Below, in pieces: positions 1 through 9,540 of a stretch of 64,000 nucleotides of DNA (its first letter is position 1; each line of letters begins with the position of its first letter). A program made the translations under genes and the position numbers. The notes under the pieces were generated by a model that worked only from the letters and a program-made list of their open reading frames with translations, did not search any database and was not told where the DNA came from. The stretch is from an uncultured Bacteriovoracaceae bacterium (GTDB lineage: Bacteria > Bdellovibrionota > UBA2428). Location of the stretch: contig CAZIFW010000006.1 in NCBI GenBank assembly GCA_964538275.1, positions 5,826 through 69,825 on the forward strand. Reading direction: 5' to 3'.

Positions 1-601
1 AGGTGATCACGCGAGCTGCAAATGTAGAAGCATTGAAGCTGTGTTCTGCATAGAGAGTAAGTGAAGCATCAAATGCTTTTACGATGTCTTTGTGCGGAAC
101 TTCGCCAAAGCACATGTGAAAAAAGTTTTCTGCAAAAGATAAATCTTCGCGAGGTTCAATTATTTTTAAACCTTTTTTAATGCGGTAATCGTAAGCAATA
201 AGAGTGGGTGTTTTTGCAAGCAGGTTTAGTGACTTGTCGTAGTTTGTTTTGGGGCTGTTGTCCCAAATGCGCTCATCTTCAAGTCCGAGGTAGCTAACGC
301 CTGTGCGTACTGTGTCCATGGGGTGAGAGTGTTTAGGGTAAAGTTCAATCACCTTTTGGCAGTTTGCAGAAATTTTTCTGCGGCTACGTTCGGTTTTTTG
401 AAATTCTTCGAGTTGGGCTTTTGTTGGAAGTTCGCCGTGCCACATGAGGTAAGCAACTTCTTCGAAAGTACATTGATCAGCTAAGTCTTGAACAGGGTAA
501 CCGTGATAAACAAGGGCATTGATATCAGGCATAACTTTACTGATAGCGGTATCATCAACAACAACACCTTCGAGACCTTTTTTTACAATTGTTTCGCTCA
601 T
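1..601 (-). CDS. prpC: Citrate synthase family, probably 2-methylcitrate synthase. Only the N-terminal ~200 aa are in the window; the gene runs off the 5' edge.
   Basis: My own reverse-strand translation from the ATG at 599-601 gives MSETIVKKGLEGVVVDDTAISKVMPDINALVYHGYPVQDLADQCTFEEVAYLMWHGELP..., a typical citrate-synthase N-terminus. This ORF is not in the supplied track because it has no stop in the window. The prpC call follows from the neighbouring prpB and prpD. Confidence 0.75.
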   Translation of the reverse strand, partial: MSETIVKKGLEGVVVDDTAISKVMPDINALVYHGYPVQDLADQCTFEEVAYLMWHGELPTKAQLEEFQKTERSRRKISANCQKVIELYPKHSHPMDTVRTGVSYLGLEDERIWDNSPKTNYDKSLNLLAKTPTLIAYDYRIKKGLKIIEPREDLSFAENFFHMCFGEVPHKDIVKAFDASLTLYAEHSFNASTFAARVIT

Positions 602-742
602 ATGGCACGAAAGCCTATCCGAAGAGCCGCATTTGAAAAAGTGCAAAAAAGCAGGACTTGTCGAAAAGCTTCAAAACTGCGCTATCCCTGTATTGAATTG
701 ACCTTAAAGTTTGAGGTAGCTCCGCTACCTTTTTACCAGCTA

Positions 743-1237
743 TTATTTATGCGACTGGTCTAAGAGTGGAGTGTTGTCTATAGGAGTGGTGGGAGGAGTT
801 TTGGGGCCATTTTCAATTTTATTGAGTTCTTCTTTTTCAAAAATGTTGATAACGCGGTTGTCTCTTTTGGCTCTTAATTCTGCTTCTAGTTCAGGTTTTC
901 CTTGTTCTAGGTAATCCAGTTCTGAAGCCTCCAGGTCACTCAGCCCTTTTTCGTACTTTTTTGCAGCCAGTAGAGCTTCGCGTTGAGTACCGCCCCTTTT
1001 AAGTACGGCAAGTTCAGCTTCTTGTGCGGGGCTTTTGTACTTTGTGCTCATAAGCTTTAGAATTCGATTCTTCTTTTTAAAATCAGCGGCCATATTGGAA
1101 AGTACGGCAGATTCAGAGCTAGTATTCGCCTCAGTGCTATTGTTGGAATTAGAGATTTTTTGTCTCGAAGAGCAGTTTACTAAGAATAATATAGAGATAA
1201 AGAGCAAAGCCCGCATAAAAATAAGGATACCGGACAA
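743..1237 (-). CDS. Hypothetical lipoprotein, 164 aa.
   Basis: Signal peptide ending in the lipobox LVNC|SS. Ser/Asn-rich linker followed by a charged helical region. No recognisable domain. Confidence 0.5.
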   Translation of the reverse strand: MSGILIFMRALLFISILFLVNCSSRQKISNSNNSTEANTSSESAVLSNMAADFKKKNRILKLMSTKYKSPAQEAELAVLKRGGTQREALLAAKKYEKGLSDLEASELDYLEQGKPELEAELRAKRDNRVINIFEKEELNKIENGPKTPPTTPIDNTPLLDQSHK

Positions 1238-1339
1238 ATTCTTAAGCCGCTACAAACTTTGTTTTGTGTAGCATTCTGCAACGATTGTAAAGAGAAATTG
1301 CCTGGAGCGTTATAAGTTAAAGTTTTAGGGTAACTTCTT

Positions 1340-1837
1340 ATGTCGTTATCGTTCAAAGCTAAGCTTTTTTGTTTGTCTCTTTTTTTACCTACATTCATTT
1401 TTGCAAAAGATTTTGTCGTGAATGATTTAAAAAAACTCTCAGTGGAATTAACTAACGTCAAAGCCATTCATACTCTTAAGACTATACAGGGCACAGAGCT
1501 AAAACTTGTGGAAGTATATTTTGATGGAGTTATGCCCGTTGCTAATTTATATCTCATGACGGCTAGTAGAGAAAATATACAAAAAATCTGGGAAATACCC
1601 ACAACTGTATCCAGCATAACAAGTATTAAAGCAGAAGCGCTTGTAGGCGAAGATTTAAGTACAAACATTATTATTACTGGAACAAAACTCAAAAATAGTG
1701 TGGGTCCAGTTTTTCGTAATATCTCTATAAATATTCTTATCAGAGAAAATGATCATGCTTACGTCGTAGAAGGAAGAACGGTCACCGATAAAACAATTCC
1801 TTGGCCAAGTTCTGAGTTACAAGGAAGTATTAACTAA
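1340..1837 (+). CDS. Hypothetical secreted protein, 165 aa.
   Basis: N-terminal signal peptide (…FLPTFIFA|KD). Its end is convergent with, and overlaps, the 3' end of prpB. No known domain. Confidence 0.45.
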   Translation: MSLSFKAKLFCLSLFLPTFIFAKDFVVNDLKKLSVELTNVKAIHTLKTIQGTELKLVEVYFDGVMPVANLYLMTASRENIQKIWEIPTTVSSITSIKAEALVGEDLSTNIIITGTKLKNSVGPVFRNISINILIRENDHAYVVEGRTVTDKTIPWPSSELQGSIN

Positions 1838-2727
1838 ACCTTAAAATTAAAAAGGTTTTGGTCAAAATTGTTGTACTGATCGTATTCCAAAACCTCATAG
1901 AGTCTTTTGCGAGTTTGCATAGTGTCTAACAATCCCTCTTGGGTGCCTTTTTCGTGGATTTCTTTGAGACCCTTTTCAATAGCGCCCATCGCAATTCGGA
2001 AAGTGGTCATGGGGTAAATCACCATGTTGTAACCAAGGTTCGTGAGTTCAGTTGTAGTGAAAAGTCTAGATTTTCCAAACTCTGTCATGTTTGCAAGTAA
2101 CGGAACCTTGACTTCTTTTCTGAAGACTTCAAATTCTTTTTCGTTCGCTAAGGCTTCAGGAAAAATCATGTCTGCGCCAGCATCTACATATGCTTTAGCG
2201 CGTTCAATAGCTTTTTCTAAGCCTTCAACTCCGCGCGCATCTGTACGGGCACAAATTACAAAATCTGGGTTGCGACGACTTTTAGCAGCCGCGGCAATTT
2301 TTTGAACCATAGCTTGAACGCTTACAAGATCTTTGTTGTCCAAGTGGCCACAGCGCTTGGGGTTGATTTGGTCTTCGATGTGGCAAGAGCTAATTCCTGC
2401 ATCTTCCAACTCGCGTATACTACGAGCAGCGTTCATGGTTTCACCAAAACCTGTATCGGCATCAATCATTGTAGGAAGATTTGTACAGCGTGCTATATAT
2501 CGACCACGCTCAGTTACTTCGGAGAGAGTGGTTAACCCAATATCGGGAAAACCTAGGTCGTTAGAGATTCCTGCGCCAGAGATATAAACCCCTTCAAACT
2601 GTAGTTTTTCAACCATCAGGGCAATGTACGGAGACCATGCACCCACAAAGCGTTGAAGCTTGCCCGAAGCCAATGCTTTTTTAAGGTTAGGTTTTTGATT
2701 GTTGGAATCACGTACAAGCCATGTCAT
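1834..2727 (-). CDS. prpB: 2-Methylisocitrate lyase (PEP mutase / isocitrate lyase superfamily).
   Basis: Full-length match to PrpB-type enzymes: …GAWSPYIALMVEKLQFEGVYISGAGISNDLGFPDIGL…KRCGH…ICARTDA…. Confidence 0.9.
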   Translation of the reverse strand: MTWLVRDSNNQKPNLKKALASGKLQRFVGAWSPYIALMVEKLQFEGVYISGAGISNDLGFPDIGLTTLSEVTERGRYIARCTNLPTMIDADTGFGETMNAARSIRELEDAGISSCHIEDQINPKRCGHLDNKDLVSVQAMVQKIAAAAKSRRNPDFVICARTDARGVEGLEKAIERAKAYVDAGADMIFPEALANEKEFEVFRKEVKVPLLANMTEFGKSRLFTTTELTNLGYNMVIYPMTTFRIAMGAIEKGLKEIHEKGTQEGLLDTMQTRKRLYEVLEYDQYNNFDQNLFNFKV

Positions 2728-2797
2728 ATGGCTCAGTAATCTAGCAGAGAGAGTCTTGTAGCAAAAGGCCCCGCTTTGGGCTTCTAAAGGCTTAGAC

Positions 2798-5700
2798 TTA
2801 CTGAGCTAATGCAGCTTTACATTTAAAGAAGCCAGGGATTGAGCTAGGGCTGGAGGAATTTCTAATCCTAATGTCACGAGATCCTGGTGCAGCTACAAAA
2901 ACTTTGGGATCTTCACTTGTATAACTCGCTAGATTTTTTTCTAAGAGTCTAATGTGTTCTTTTTGAGCCTCAATCTGTGAGTCGATAGTAGCCTTTTGAA
3001 ACTCGGTGAGGGTTCCATTATTCTTGTGCTGCTCAAGAACTCCTAACTCGCGTTGTGCAGTATCGAGTTTTCTTTGAAGTTCTTCTCTTCGGTTGTCGTA
3101 GTTGTCGGAAATTTGTTTATCGGTACGAAGTGCGTGCATCGCATGAACATTTGCCTGCGGAACTAAAACGGATCGTACTTTTTTAAGCAGAGCTATCTTT
3201 GCTAAAAGTTCATCCGTAGCTGAGCTTTCATCATGGTAAGCAATGGCGTGGTTAACAAAAGCCAAAGCTTTGCTGTTGAGAGAGGGGTTGTCTTCTGTTT
3301 TTTTCATAAGCTCATTTAGAGTGGCTTTACGTAATTCCGTACTTTCTGCTTGATACAATTCTGCAGGATTGCTTCGTGGAGGAATTCCAAGGGCTACTTG
3401 CAGACTTTCAATCAGCCAAATTTCTGCGAAAATTTTTGAACTCAGTTTAGTATCTGCAATTCGAGTTTTTATTTTTTTCATGTAAGCACTGTTTTCTTTA
3501 TCAGCACTTTTTAAAAGTTCCTGTTGAGTAGCGCTAAGGTTGTCTTTGTCTTCACGCATGTCAGCTGCCCATTCCTTAAACTTAGCGTTGATGAATACAA
3601 TAGCATTAGGGTTTTCTTTTATAAGTGCAGCTAATTCCTGTTGATTGCCCCTTCTCCAAACCGAATATAGGTCATCTTGGTCTACTGAGTGGGCTTTCCT
3701 AATGTTTGAAGCCACAACTTCTAAATGGTCGTCTTCGTAAAACGTGGGGATTCCTCTCCATACGGGGCCCGTTTCAGATTCTGCTCTCACGTCAGAAGCT
3801 ACTCTTTGAACGTCACCTTCAATACTATCAAGAGCACTTTTAACGAAAGCTAAGTCTTGGCGAAACTCATTTGAAAGTATATTTATACTTAATTTTTTTT
3901 CACTGAGTTCTTGATTTTTTCTTTCAAGAATATCTTGTATCGCAATAGCGTTCAAAGAATCGCTTTCAATAGCAGCCTCAAGTTTTACTGTGCTCTTTTC
4001 TTTGATGGCCTCTTCTACAACTCTACTCATAGCCTCACGGCGTTCTTTGGAGGCTTGGCTTAGTTGAAAGCTCACAACTTCGCTTAGGTCTGCTCTTCCT
4101 GAAACAGTGATGGGATTTGAAAGATCGGGAGTTGTTTCTAATAGGCGTTTGGGGTCGTAATTGCCCACAAAGGAATTCAATGCGTCCTGCGCTATGGTTG
4201 CATTGTTGGTGTGTCTTTGAATATCGGCCGCAGAATTTTCATTAAAATGTTCTCCAGCAGCTAGAGAGCGTTCATTTGCTTGGGTGTTTGCTTCTGCCTC
4301 GCGACGTCGGATGAACTCATCGCGTGTTCTTTGTGTGGGAGTCATGTGATCTTCTGGAGCTCGAACAAAACCCTCAATCCGTGCAGCACGATCCAAAGCT
4401 ACTTGACGAGCGCTTGTTTGGTTGTCGTCACGATTCGCTTGAAGTATTTTTGGAGAGTCTTCTTCAAAGGTTTTAACTTCGGCAAGAAGTGAACGTGTGC
4501 GTTCTTTTTGAGTATTTGCCATTGTTTTAGCTTCTGTCTCAAGGCGAGTGAGTCTTTCGGCGGGTTTGTAGCCTAAAATTCTTTCTTTCACATGTGTAAC
4601 TTCTGCTTTAGCTGCAGCTTCTTCTTTAGCAAGAGTCTCGTTTAAAGATCTAGCTTCTGCGAGTTGTTGCTTTAGTCTTTCACTGGCTAATTTGGGAATT
4701 CTTTCTGCAAGTTTGCTGTGAGCTTCAAGAGCTACAAGCTTAACTTTATTTTGAGCAACTTTAGCAGCTGCTTGAGTATGAATTTTTTCTTTTTCTGCAA
4801 GAAGTGTCCACGCCTCTTTTTCGTAATCGCTCATATTTGTTGTACTGAGGTACCTGTTGACGGTGCTTGTTGATGGTTTTCTACCACCATTCAAATAGGG
4901 GATAACGTTTGTACGAAGAGTCTCCATGCTAGTGGCTGTGTCCGTGTGCTTTTTGTATTCGTTGTAAGCTTCAACGGCTTCATCTTTTTTTGCTTTTAAA
5001 ACAGCTGCTTGTTCTTTGCTAAGAGCCTCCTCAGCTTTATTGTTTTCTTTTAGAAAAGCATCTACTTCTGCTACAAGGCCTTGAGCTTTGGTGCGAAGTG
5101 CTTTGCTCACTTTGTATTCTAGTTCTGTGCGAGCCTCTTCTGCGGCTTTCATTGCAAAAGCAAGGTCATTTTGATTTTTAGCGAGTTCAGCTTGTAGAAC
5201 TCCAAGTGAATTTCTGCGTACTTTTTGGTATTTGATTTTTATAATGTCTCCCAAGGCAGAAAAACGAACATTAAAACCTGCATCCTCTAAGCGATTTTGC
5301 ATCCAACTAAATTTTGTTCTCAGATCAGCGATTTTAGCGTCGAGTTCAGCGAGTTCAGCACGAGCCAAGCCGTGTGGAGTTTGAGCTAAGGCCTTTCTTC
5401 TAGCTTCCATTTTGTTCATAAGCTTGTAAGCGCCTTGGAGTAGTAAGAATGTTGTTCCAAGCATTCCGCTTGCAATCGCTAACATGAGTCCGTTACTAAG
5501 AGCTGGATCCTCGTCTTCAATTTCTATCTCTAGATCATTGAGAGTTTCATTCGCAATAAGTTCTTGTTTTGTTTCAAGTGCTTTAGGGTCTTCGGGGGTA
5601 GGATTGTTTTGTTGTTTTAGATAAGCTACGAATTCTTCATCCGTCACAATTGTTGCCTTTGGAGCATTGAGAACGGCTTTATCAATTTCTGCTTCTTCTT

Positions 5701-6079
5701 CAGGAGTAAGAGGTATGGCTTTAACAGCTTTAGAGACATCTACCTCTTGGCTGCTTGCTGCGGGAGAAGTAGTTGATGTTGTAGGAGTTGGGCTAGGAGT
5801 TGGAGGGGTGATTGCAAGATTTCTTGCTGGAGGTGTTTCAATAATTTTTGGAGCTTCTGACGCTGGGCTTGGAGTTGTTGAGGCATCCTTTTTCTTAGAC
5901 TTGAACAATCGGTCTAAGAGGCCAACCTTTGGTTTTTTCTCAGTCTTTGGAGTTGTAGCATCGTCTTTCTTTTTACGTTGAAAAAAACTGATTCCAGGAT
6001 TTGTATCTCTAGCCTGCAAGGGGCTTAATTGACCCACAATAAAGGCTATAAAAAGAACGGTACGTACCAAGCTCTGCAT
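2798..6079 (-). CDS. Very large (1093 aa) secreted or membrane-anchored coiled-coil protein of unknown function.
   Basis: N-terminal signal peptide, a Pro/Thr/Ser/Lys-rich low-complexity linker (TPPTPSPTPTTSTTSPAASS), one hydrophobic TM-like segment (LMLAIASGMLGTTFLLLQGAY), then roughly 850 aa of heptad-like, Ala/Glu/Lys/Leu-rich sequence. It lies between prpD/DUF503 and prpB. Confidence 0.6.
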   Translation of the reverse strand: MQSLVRTVLFIAFIVGQLSPLQARDTNPGISFFQRKKKDDATTPKTEKKPKVGLLDRLFKSKKKDASTTPSPASEAPKIIETPPARNLAITPPTPSPTPTTSTTSPAASSQEVDVSKAVKAIPLTPEEEAEIDKAVLNAPKATIVTDEEFVAYLKQQNNPTPEDPKALETKQELIANETLNDLEIEIEDEDPALSNGLMLAIASGMLGTTFLLLQGAYKLMNKMEARRKALAQTPHGLARAELAELDAKIADLRTKFSWMQNRLEDAGFNVRFSALGDIIKIKYQKVRRNSLGVLQAELAKNQNDLAFAMKAAEEARTELEYKVSKALRTKAQGLVAEVDAFLKENNKAEEALSKEQAAVLKAKKDEAVEAYNEYKKHTDTATSMETLRTNVIPYLNGGRKPSTSTVNRYLSTTNMSDYEKEAWTLLAEKEKIHTQAAAKVAQNKVKLVALEAHSKLAERIPKLASERLKQQLAEARSLNETLAKEEAAAKAEVTHVKERILGYKPAERLTRLETEAKTMANTQKERTRSLLAEVKTFEEDSPKILQANRDDNQTSARQVALDRAARIEGFVRAPEDHMTPTQRTRDEFIRRREAEANTQANERSLAAGEHFNENSAADIQRHTNNATIAQDALNSFVGNYDPKRLLETTPDLSNPITVSGRADLSEVVSFQLSQASKERREAMSRVVEEAIKEKSTVKLEAAIESDSLNAIAIQDILERKNQELSEKKLSINILSNEFRQDLAFVKSALDSIEGDVQRVASDVRAESETGPVWRGIPTFYEDDHLEVVASNIRKAHSVDQDDLYSVWRRGNQQELAALIKENPNAIVFINAKFKEWAADMREDKDNLSATQQELLKSADKENSAYMKKIKTRIADTKLSSKIFAEIWLIESLQVALGIPPRSNPAELYQAESTELRKATLNELMKKTEDNPSLNSKALAFVNHAIAYHDESSATDELLAKIALLKKVRSVLVPQANVHAMHALRTDKQISDNYDNRREELQRKLDTAQRELGVLEQHKNNGTLTEFQKATIDSQIEAQKEHIRLLEKNLASYTSEDPKVFVAAPGSRDIRIRNSSSPSSIPGFFKCKAALAQ

Positions 6080-6235
6080 GCCTACAGTTTATCGATCTTT
6101 GAGGTCTCAGCTTGCGTTAAATCAGCATTAAAAGCATTTTTATTCGTATCTAGCAAAATACAGGTGTTAAAATATTAAACAGATCTTAACAGTCTAGCGC
6201 CTTATAAAACGAGTTGGCATGTGCCTATAAGCTGT

Positions 6236-6526
6236 TTAGTCAAAGCGCTGAAATTCTGTGTCTTCGCTCACAACTCGGGCTGCAGAGTTTTTATCTACAA
6301 ACTCTAAAAGCTTTTGCATATGTTTTTGAGCGTTTTCTAAATCTACTGAACAAAAAGCAAGGCCTACTTCGCATTTCTCTAAATCTGCAAAACTGCCCAC
6401 TTCGCTAAGATATAAACGGTGTTGTCTTTGGAGTTTGTCTGAAAGAGTTTCTATGAGTCTACGTTTTTCTTTTAAGTCTTCGTTGCCCCAGAAATCCAAA
6501 ATTATTTTGGCTGAGGCAACGATCAT
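6236..6526 (-). CDS. DUF503 family protein (YlxP-like), 96 aa.
   Basis: MIVASAKIILDFWGNEDLKEKRRLIETLSDKLQRQHRLYLSEVGSFADLEKCEVGLAFCSVD… follows the DUF503 consensus (…LkeKR.iv…rlr..fn.svaEv…lwqra.iG.a.vs.d…). It starts 17 nt after the prpD stop. Confidence 0.7.
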   Translation of the reverse strand: MIVASAKIILDFWGNEDLKEKRRLIETLSDKLQRQHRLYLSEVGSFADLEKCEVGLAFCSVDLENAQKHMQKLLEFVDKNSAARVVSEDTEFQRFD

Positions 6527-6543
6527 TTGTTTTCCTACTAAAA

Positions 6544-8055
6544 TTAAAAAATTCCGCGAGTGTCGCGAGTTGCTTTTTCAAGTTTGTTTACGGGGACTGT
6601 TACGTTTAATTGGCAAATATCTTCCCAGCTAAGTGTAGGGAGTTTTTCAATAAGGGCCAAGAAACGATCTTGTTCTGCAGGGTCAACAATTCCAGTCGTA
6701 AGAGTTTTAAACTTGTGAACATAGTTAGGACGCGTGAATGGTTTTGCTCCAGCAGGGTGTGCGTTTGCGCGTGCCAATTCGTCTACAATCTTTTCGCCAT
6801 TCTTAAGTTTTATTTCTACGCGAGCTCCGAACGCTTTTTTAGCAGGATCCGAATCGTGGTAGCGTTTTGTCCATTCAGCATCTTCTTGGGTAGAAATTTT
6901 ATTCCAAAGTGCAACAGTTGTAGGACGATTTGCTCTTTCTGGAGTGTAGCTGTCAACGTGGTGCCAAGTTCCATCTTCAAGCGCAACTGCGAAGATATAC
7001 ATAATGCTATGATCAAGAGTTTCGCGAGATGCTTTGGGGTCAAACTTTTGAGGATCGTTTGCTCCTGTTCCAATGACGTAGTGAGTGTGGTGACTGGTGT
7101 GAAGAACAACGGATTCAATCTCGCTTACATTTTTTACGCGTTCACGCATTTTGAATGCAAGGTCGATAAGAGCTTGCGCTTGATATTCCGCAGAGTGTTC
7201 TTTGGTATAAGTTTCAAGAATGGCGCGTTTAGCTTCGCCTAGTTCAGGCAAGGGTACGTCGTAACTCGCTTTAGGGCCGTCGAGCATCCAGCTAATGACA
7301 GAATCTTCTCCTTCGTAAATGGGAGAGGGGCTTTTCTCTCCGCGCATCGCACGGTCTACGGCTTCTACAGCGAGTTTAGTTCCGTGAGCAGGAGCATAAG
7401 CTTTCCAACTAGAAATTTCGCCTTTGCGCGACTGACGAGTAGCAAATGCAACGTGCACCGCTTGTTGAATCGCTTGATAAGTTACTTCGGTGCTGAGTCC
7501 TAGCATGGTGCAAATTCCCGCAGCACATGCAGGCGCTAAGTGAGCGATGTGATCTTTTTTGTGCTGGTGCAAGCAAATTGCTTTTACAAGATTTACATGA
7601 AGTTCATAAGCAGTTGCGATACCTCTTAAGAGATCGGCACCATTTTTTCCGGTTTGTTGTGCCACTGCTACAAGAGCTGGGATGCTGTCGCCAGGGTGAG
7701 AGTAGTCAGCCGCTAGAAAGGTGTCGTGCATGTCGAGTTCGCGAACGGCGGTGCCGTTAGCCCATGTTGCCCATTCCGCATCAAATTTTTGATCGTTTGA
7801 AACTCCAAAAACTGTTGCGCCTTTAGTGCGTGGATGTGCGAGTGCTTGAGTTCTTGCGTTGGCAACAGGTGTGCGATTGATGGCAGCGAGTGCGACAGAA
7901 GCGTTGTCGATCATTCGGTTTCCAATCATTTCTACCACTTCAGGAATGAGAGCTACGGGATCTGTTGCAACCACAGCCATTTTCCATGCAAGTTGATTTT
8001 CGCGAGAAAGAGGAACTTTTGACGGATAAACTTTTACATTATGAAGCTTCATATG
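6544..8055 (-). CDS. prpD: 2-Methylcitrate dehydratase (MmgE/PrpD family).
   Basis: Full-length MmgE/PrpD similarity. The track ORF extends to 8106. I prefer the internal start [10 protein letters not shown]… at 8055 because the first 17 codons look like overextension. Confidence 0.8.
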   Translation of the reverse strand, partial: HMKLHNVKVYPSKVPLSRENQLAWKMAVVATDPVALIPEVVEMIGNRMIDNASVALAAINRTPVANARTQALAHPRTKGATVFGVSNDQKFDAEWATWANGTAVRELDMHDTFLAADYSHPGDSIPALVAVAQQTGKNGADLLRGIATAYELHVNLVKAICLHQHKKDHIAHLAPACAAGICTMLGLSTEVTYQAIQQAVHVAFATRQSRKGEISSWKAYAPAHGTKLAVEAVDRAMRGEKSPSPIYEGEDSVISWMLDGPKASYDVPLPELGEAKRAILETYTKEHSAEYQAQALIDLAFKMRERVKNVSEIESVVLHTSHHTHYVIGTGANDPQKFDPKASRETLDHSIMYIFAVALEDGTWHHVDSYTPERANRPTTVALWNKISTQEDAEWTKRYHDSDPAKKAFGARVEIKLKNGEKIVDELARANAHPAGAKPFTRPNYVHKFKTLTTGIVDPAEQDRFLALIEKLPTLSWEDICQLNVTVPVNKLEKATRDTRGIF

Positions 8056-8251
8056 GCTCTTTTGTAGCTGAGAGTCAGCAGCCCTGCAAATGAACAAAGG
8101 TGCCATGTTCCATTGCTAACTTGCTTACTACGATGCTTGGGTTGAGCTCTAAGGCTTAAGTGCCACTCTGAAGCTTTGTGCACATAGTCATTCGCAGTAT
8201 AAGTCTTAAGCTTGGGGTGTCCCCACTGCCAGCAGTTGCTAAGATAAGAGT

Positions 8252-8734
8252 GTGCTGCAACGACTCGCTGTGTTTTTCCTTTTGTTCGCCTCGTGTTCGA
8301 TAAGTGGTCCTCTGCGTGAAGATCGCTCTGCAGCGAATTACTTTTTCCCGGCGCCTCAAACATCGTGGACTAAACTTAATCCTACTGAGGGGATAGAGAT
8401 TCTATACCAAGATAAAAAAGGCGCGCTCTTGAGCGTAAGCTCAATTTGCGGTCGCTATGAAGAAGCGAGTTTAGAAACACTTGCGCGATCGGCACTTTCT
8501 CCCATCGTTGCATTCAAAGATAAAAATATAACGACGTTTCAATTGGATGGACGTGAGGCTTTTCAAATTTTTGGTGAAGGCAAGGTTGATGGAGTGCCTG
8601 TGCAAATTGATTTTGTAGCTTGGCGCAAAGACGATTGTCTTTTTGATTTTTCAGTACAAGCTTCTCCTACACTACAGGCACAATCGAGGGCGGATTTTCT
8701 TAATATGCTTAAGAAGTTCCGATATCCACAGTGA
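8252..8734 (+). CDS. Hypothetical lipoprotein, 160 aa. First gene of the mla operon.
   Basis: Lipobox LFASC|S. Its stop overlaps the mlaE start (8731), which suggests translational coupling. Confidence 0.5.
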   Translation: MLQRLAVFFLLFASCSISGPLREDRSAANYFFPAPQTSWTKLNPTEGIEILYQDKKGALLSVSSICGRYEEASLETLARSALSPIVAFKDKNITTFQLDGREAFQIFGEGKVDGVPVQIDFVAWRKDDCLFDFSVQASPTLQAQSRADFLNMLKKFRYPQ

Positions 8735-9537
8735 GAGCCGTTTTAAACTGGAAGAAGAATGTATTCTTCAGTGTTCGTGATTTGCTATTAGAAATAGGCT
8801 CGTATTCCATGATGGTAGCGCAAAGTGCGCGCGTTTGGATGCGTCGTCCTCCGAGTCTTAGTCAGCTCACCTACGAAATTAATACTCTTGGAGTACAATC
8901 ATTTTTAATTGTATTCGTTGCGGCTTTATCAACGGGTTTGGTTTTAGCAATTCAATTTGGTTTTGGTCTCGAACGTTTCGGGGCGAAATATTATGTTCCA
9001 AAAATTGTCGCTATCTCTATCTGTCGTGAGTTGGGTCCTATCTTTACTGCTCTTATGTTGGCTGGGCGAGTGGGTGCCGGTATGGCAGCAGAAATTGCTT
9101 CTATGAAAGTGACCCAACAAATTGATGCAATCCGTGCGTTAGGAACTGATCCCATTCAAAAAGTTGTAGCGCCAAAAATTGTTGCACTCATGATAGCAAC
9201 GCCTTTTTTAACATTGCTTGCCGATATGGTGGGTATCTTTGGGGGCATGCTTGCTTCCTCTTCTCAGTTAGGCCTAGCGCCCCATGATTACTTTTTTAAG
9301 TCATTTGAAATTATCACTTGGCGCGATGTGAGTGGTGGTTTGATAAAAGGCTTAGTTTTTGGATTCATTATAGCTTCTGTGAGTTGTCATGAGGGAATGA
9401 ATGCCAAAGGTGGTACCTTGGGTGTGGGGCTGGCAACCACCAATGCCGTAGTAAAGTCTTCAATTGTTGTTTTAATCTTCGATTTTATTTTAACAAAACT
9501 TCTCTGGCTCGCCGAGCACGCGTTGACAAAGGGTTGA
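8731..9537 (+). CDS. mlaE: Phospholipid/ABC transporter permease MlaE.
   Basis: Multi-TM MlaE/YrbE family sequence: …LGVQSFLIVFVAALSTGLVLAIQ…ICRELGPIFTALMLAGRVGAGMAAEI…. Confidence 0.85.
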   Translation: MRAVLNWKKNVFFSVRDLLLEIGSYSMMVAQSARVWMRRPPSLSQLTYEINTLGVQSFLIVFVAALSTGLVLAIQFGFGLERFGAKYYVPKIVAISICRELGPIFTALMLAGRVGAGMAAEIASMKVTQQIDAIRALGTDPIQKVVAPKIVALMIATPFLTLLADMVGIFGGMLASSSQLGLAPHDYFFKSFEIITWRDVSGGLIKGLVFGFIIASVSCHEGMNAKGGTLGVGLATTNAVVKSSIVVLIFDFILTKLLWLAEHALTKG

Positions 9538-9540
9538 TCG

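Noticed and set aside
6610-7242. 210-aa plus-strand ORF antisense to prpD, plus the other small antisense ORFs there (6816-7118, 7527-7760, 7834-8022)
   Set aside because: They lie entirely inside a well-conserved prpD coding sequence on the opposite strand. Their Cys/Phe-rich odd composition is typical of antisense frames.
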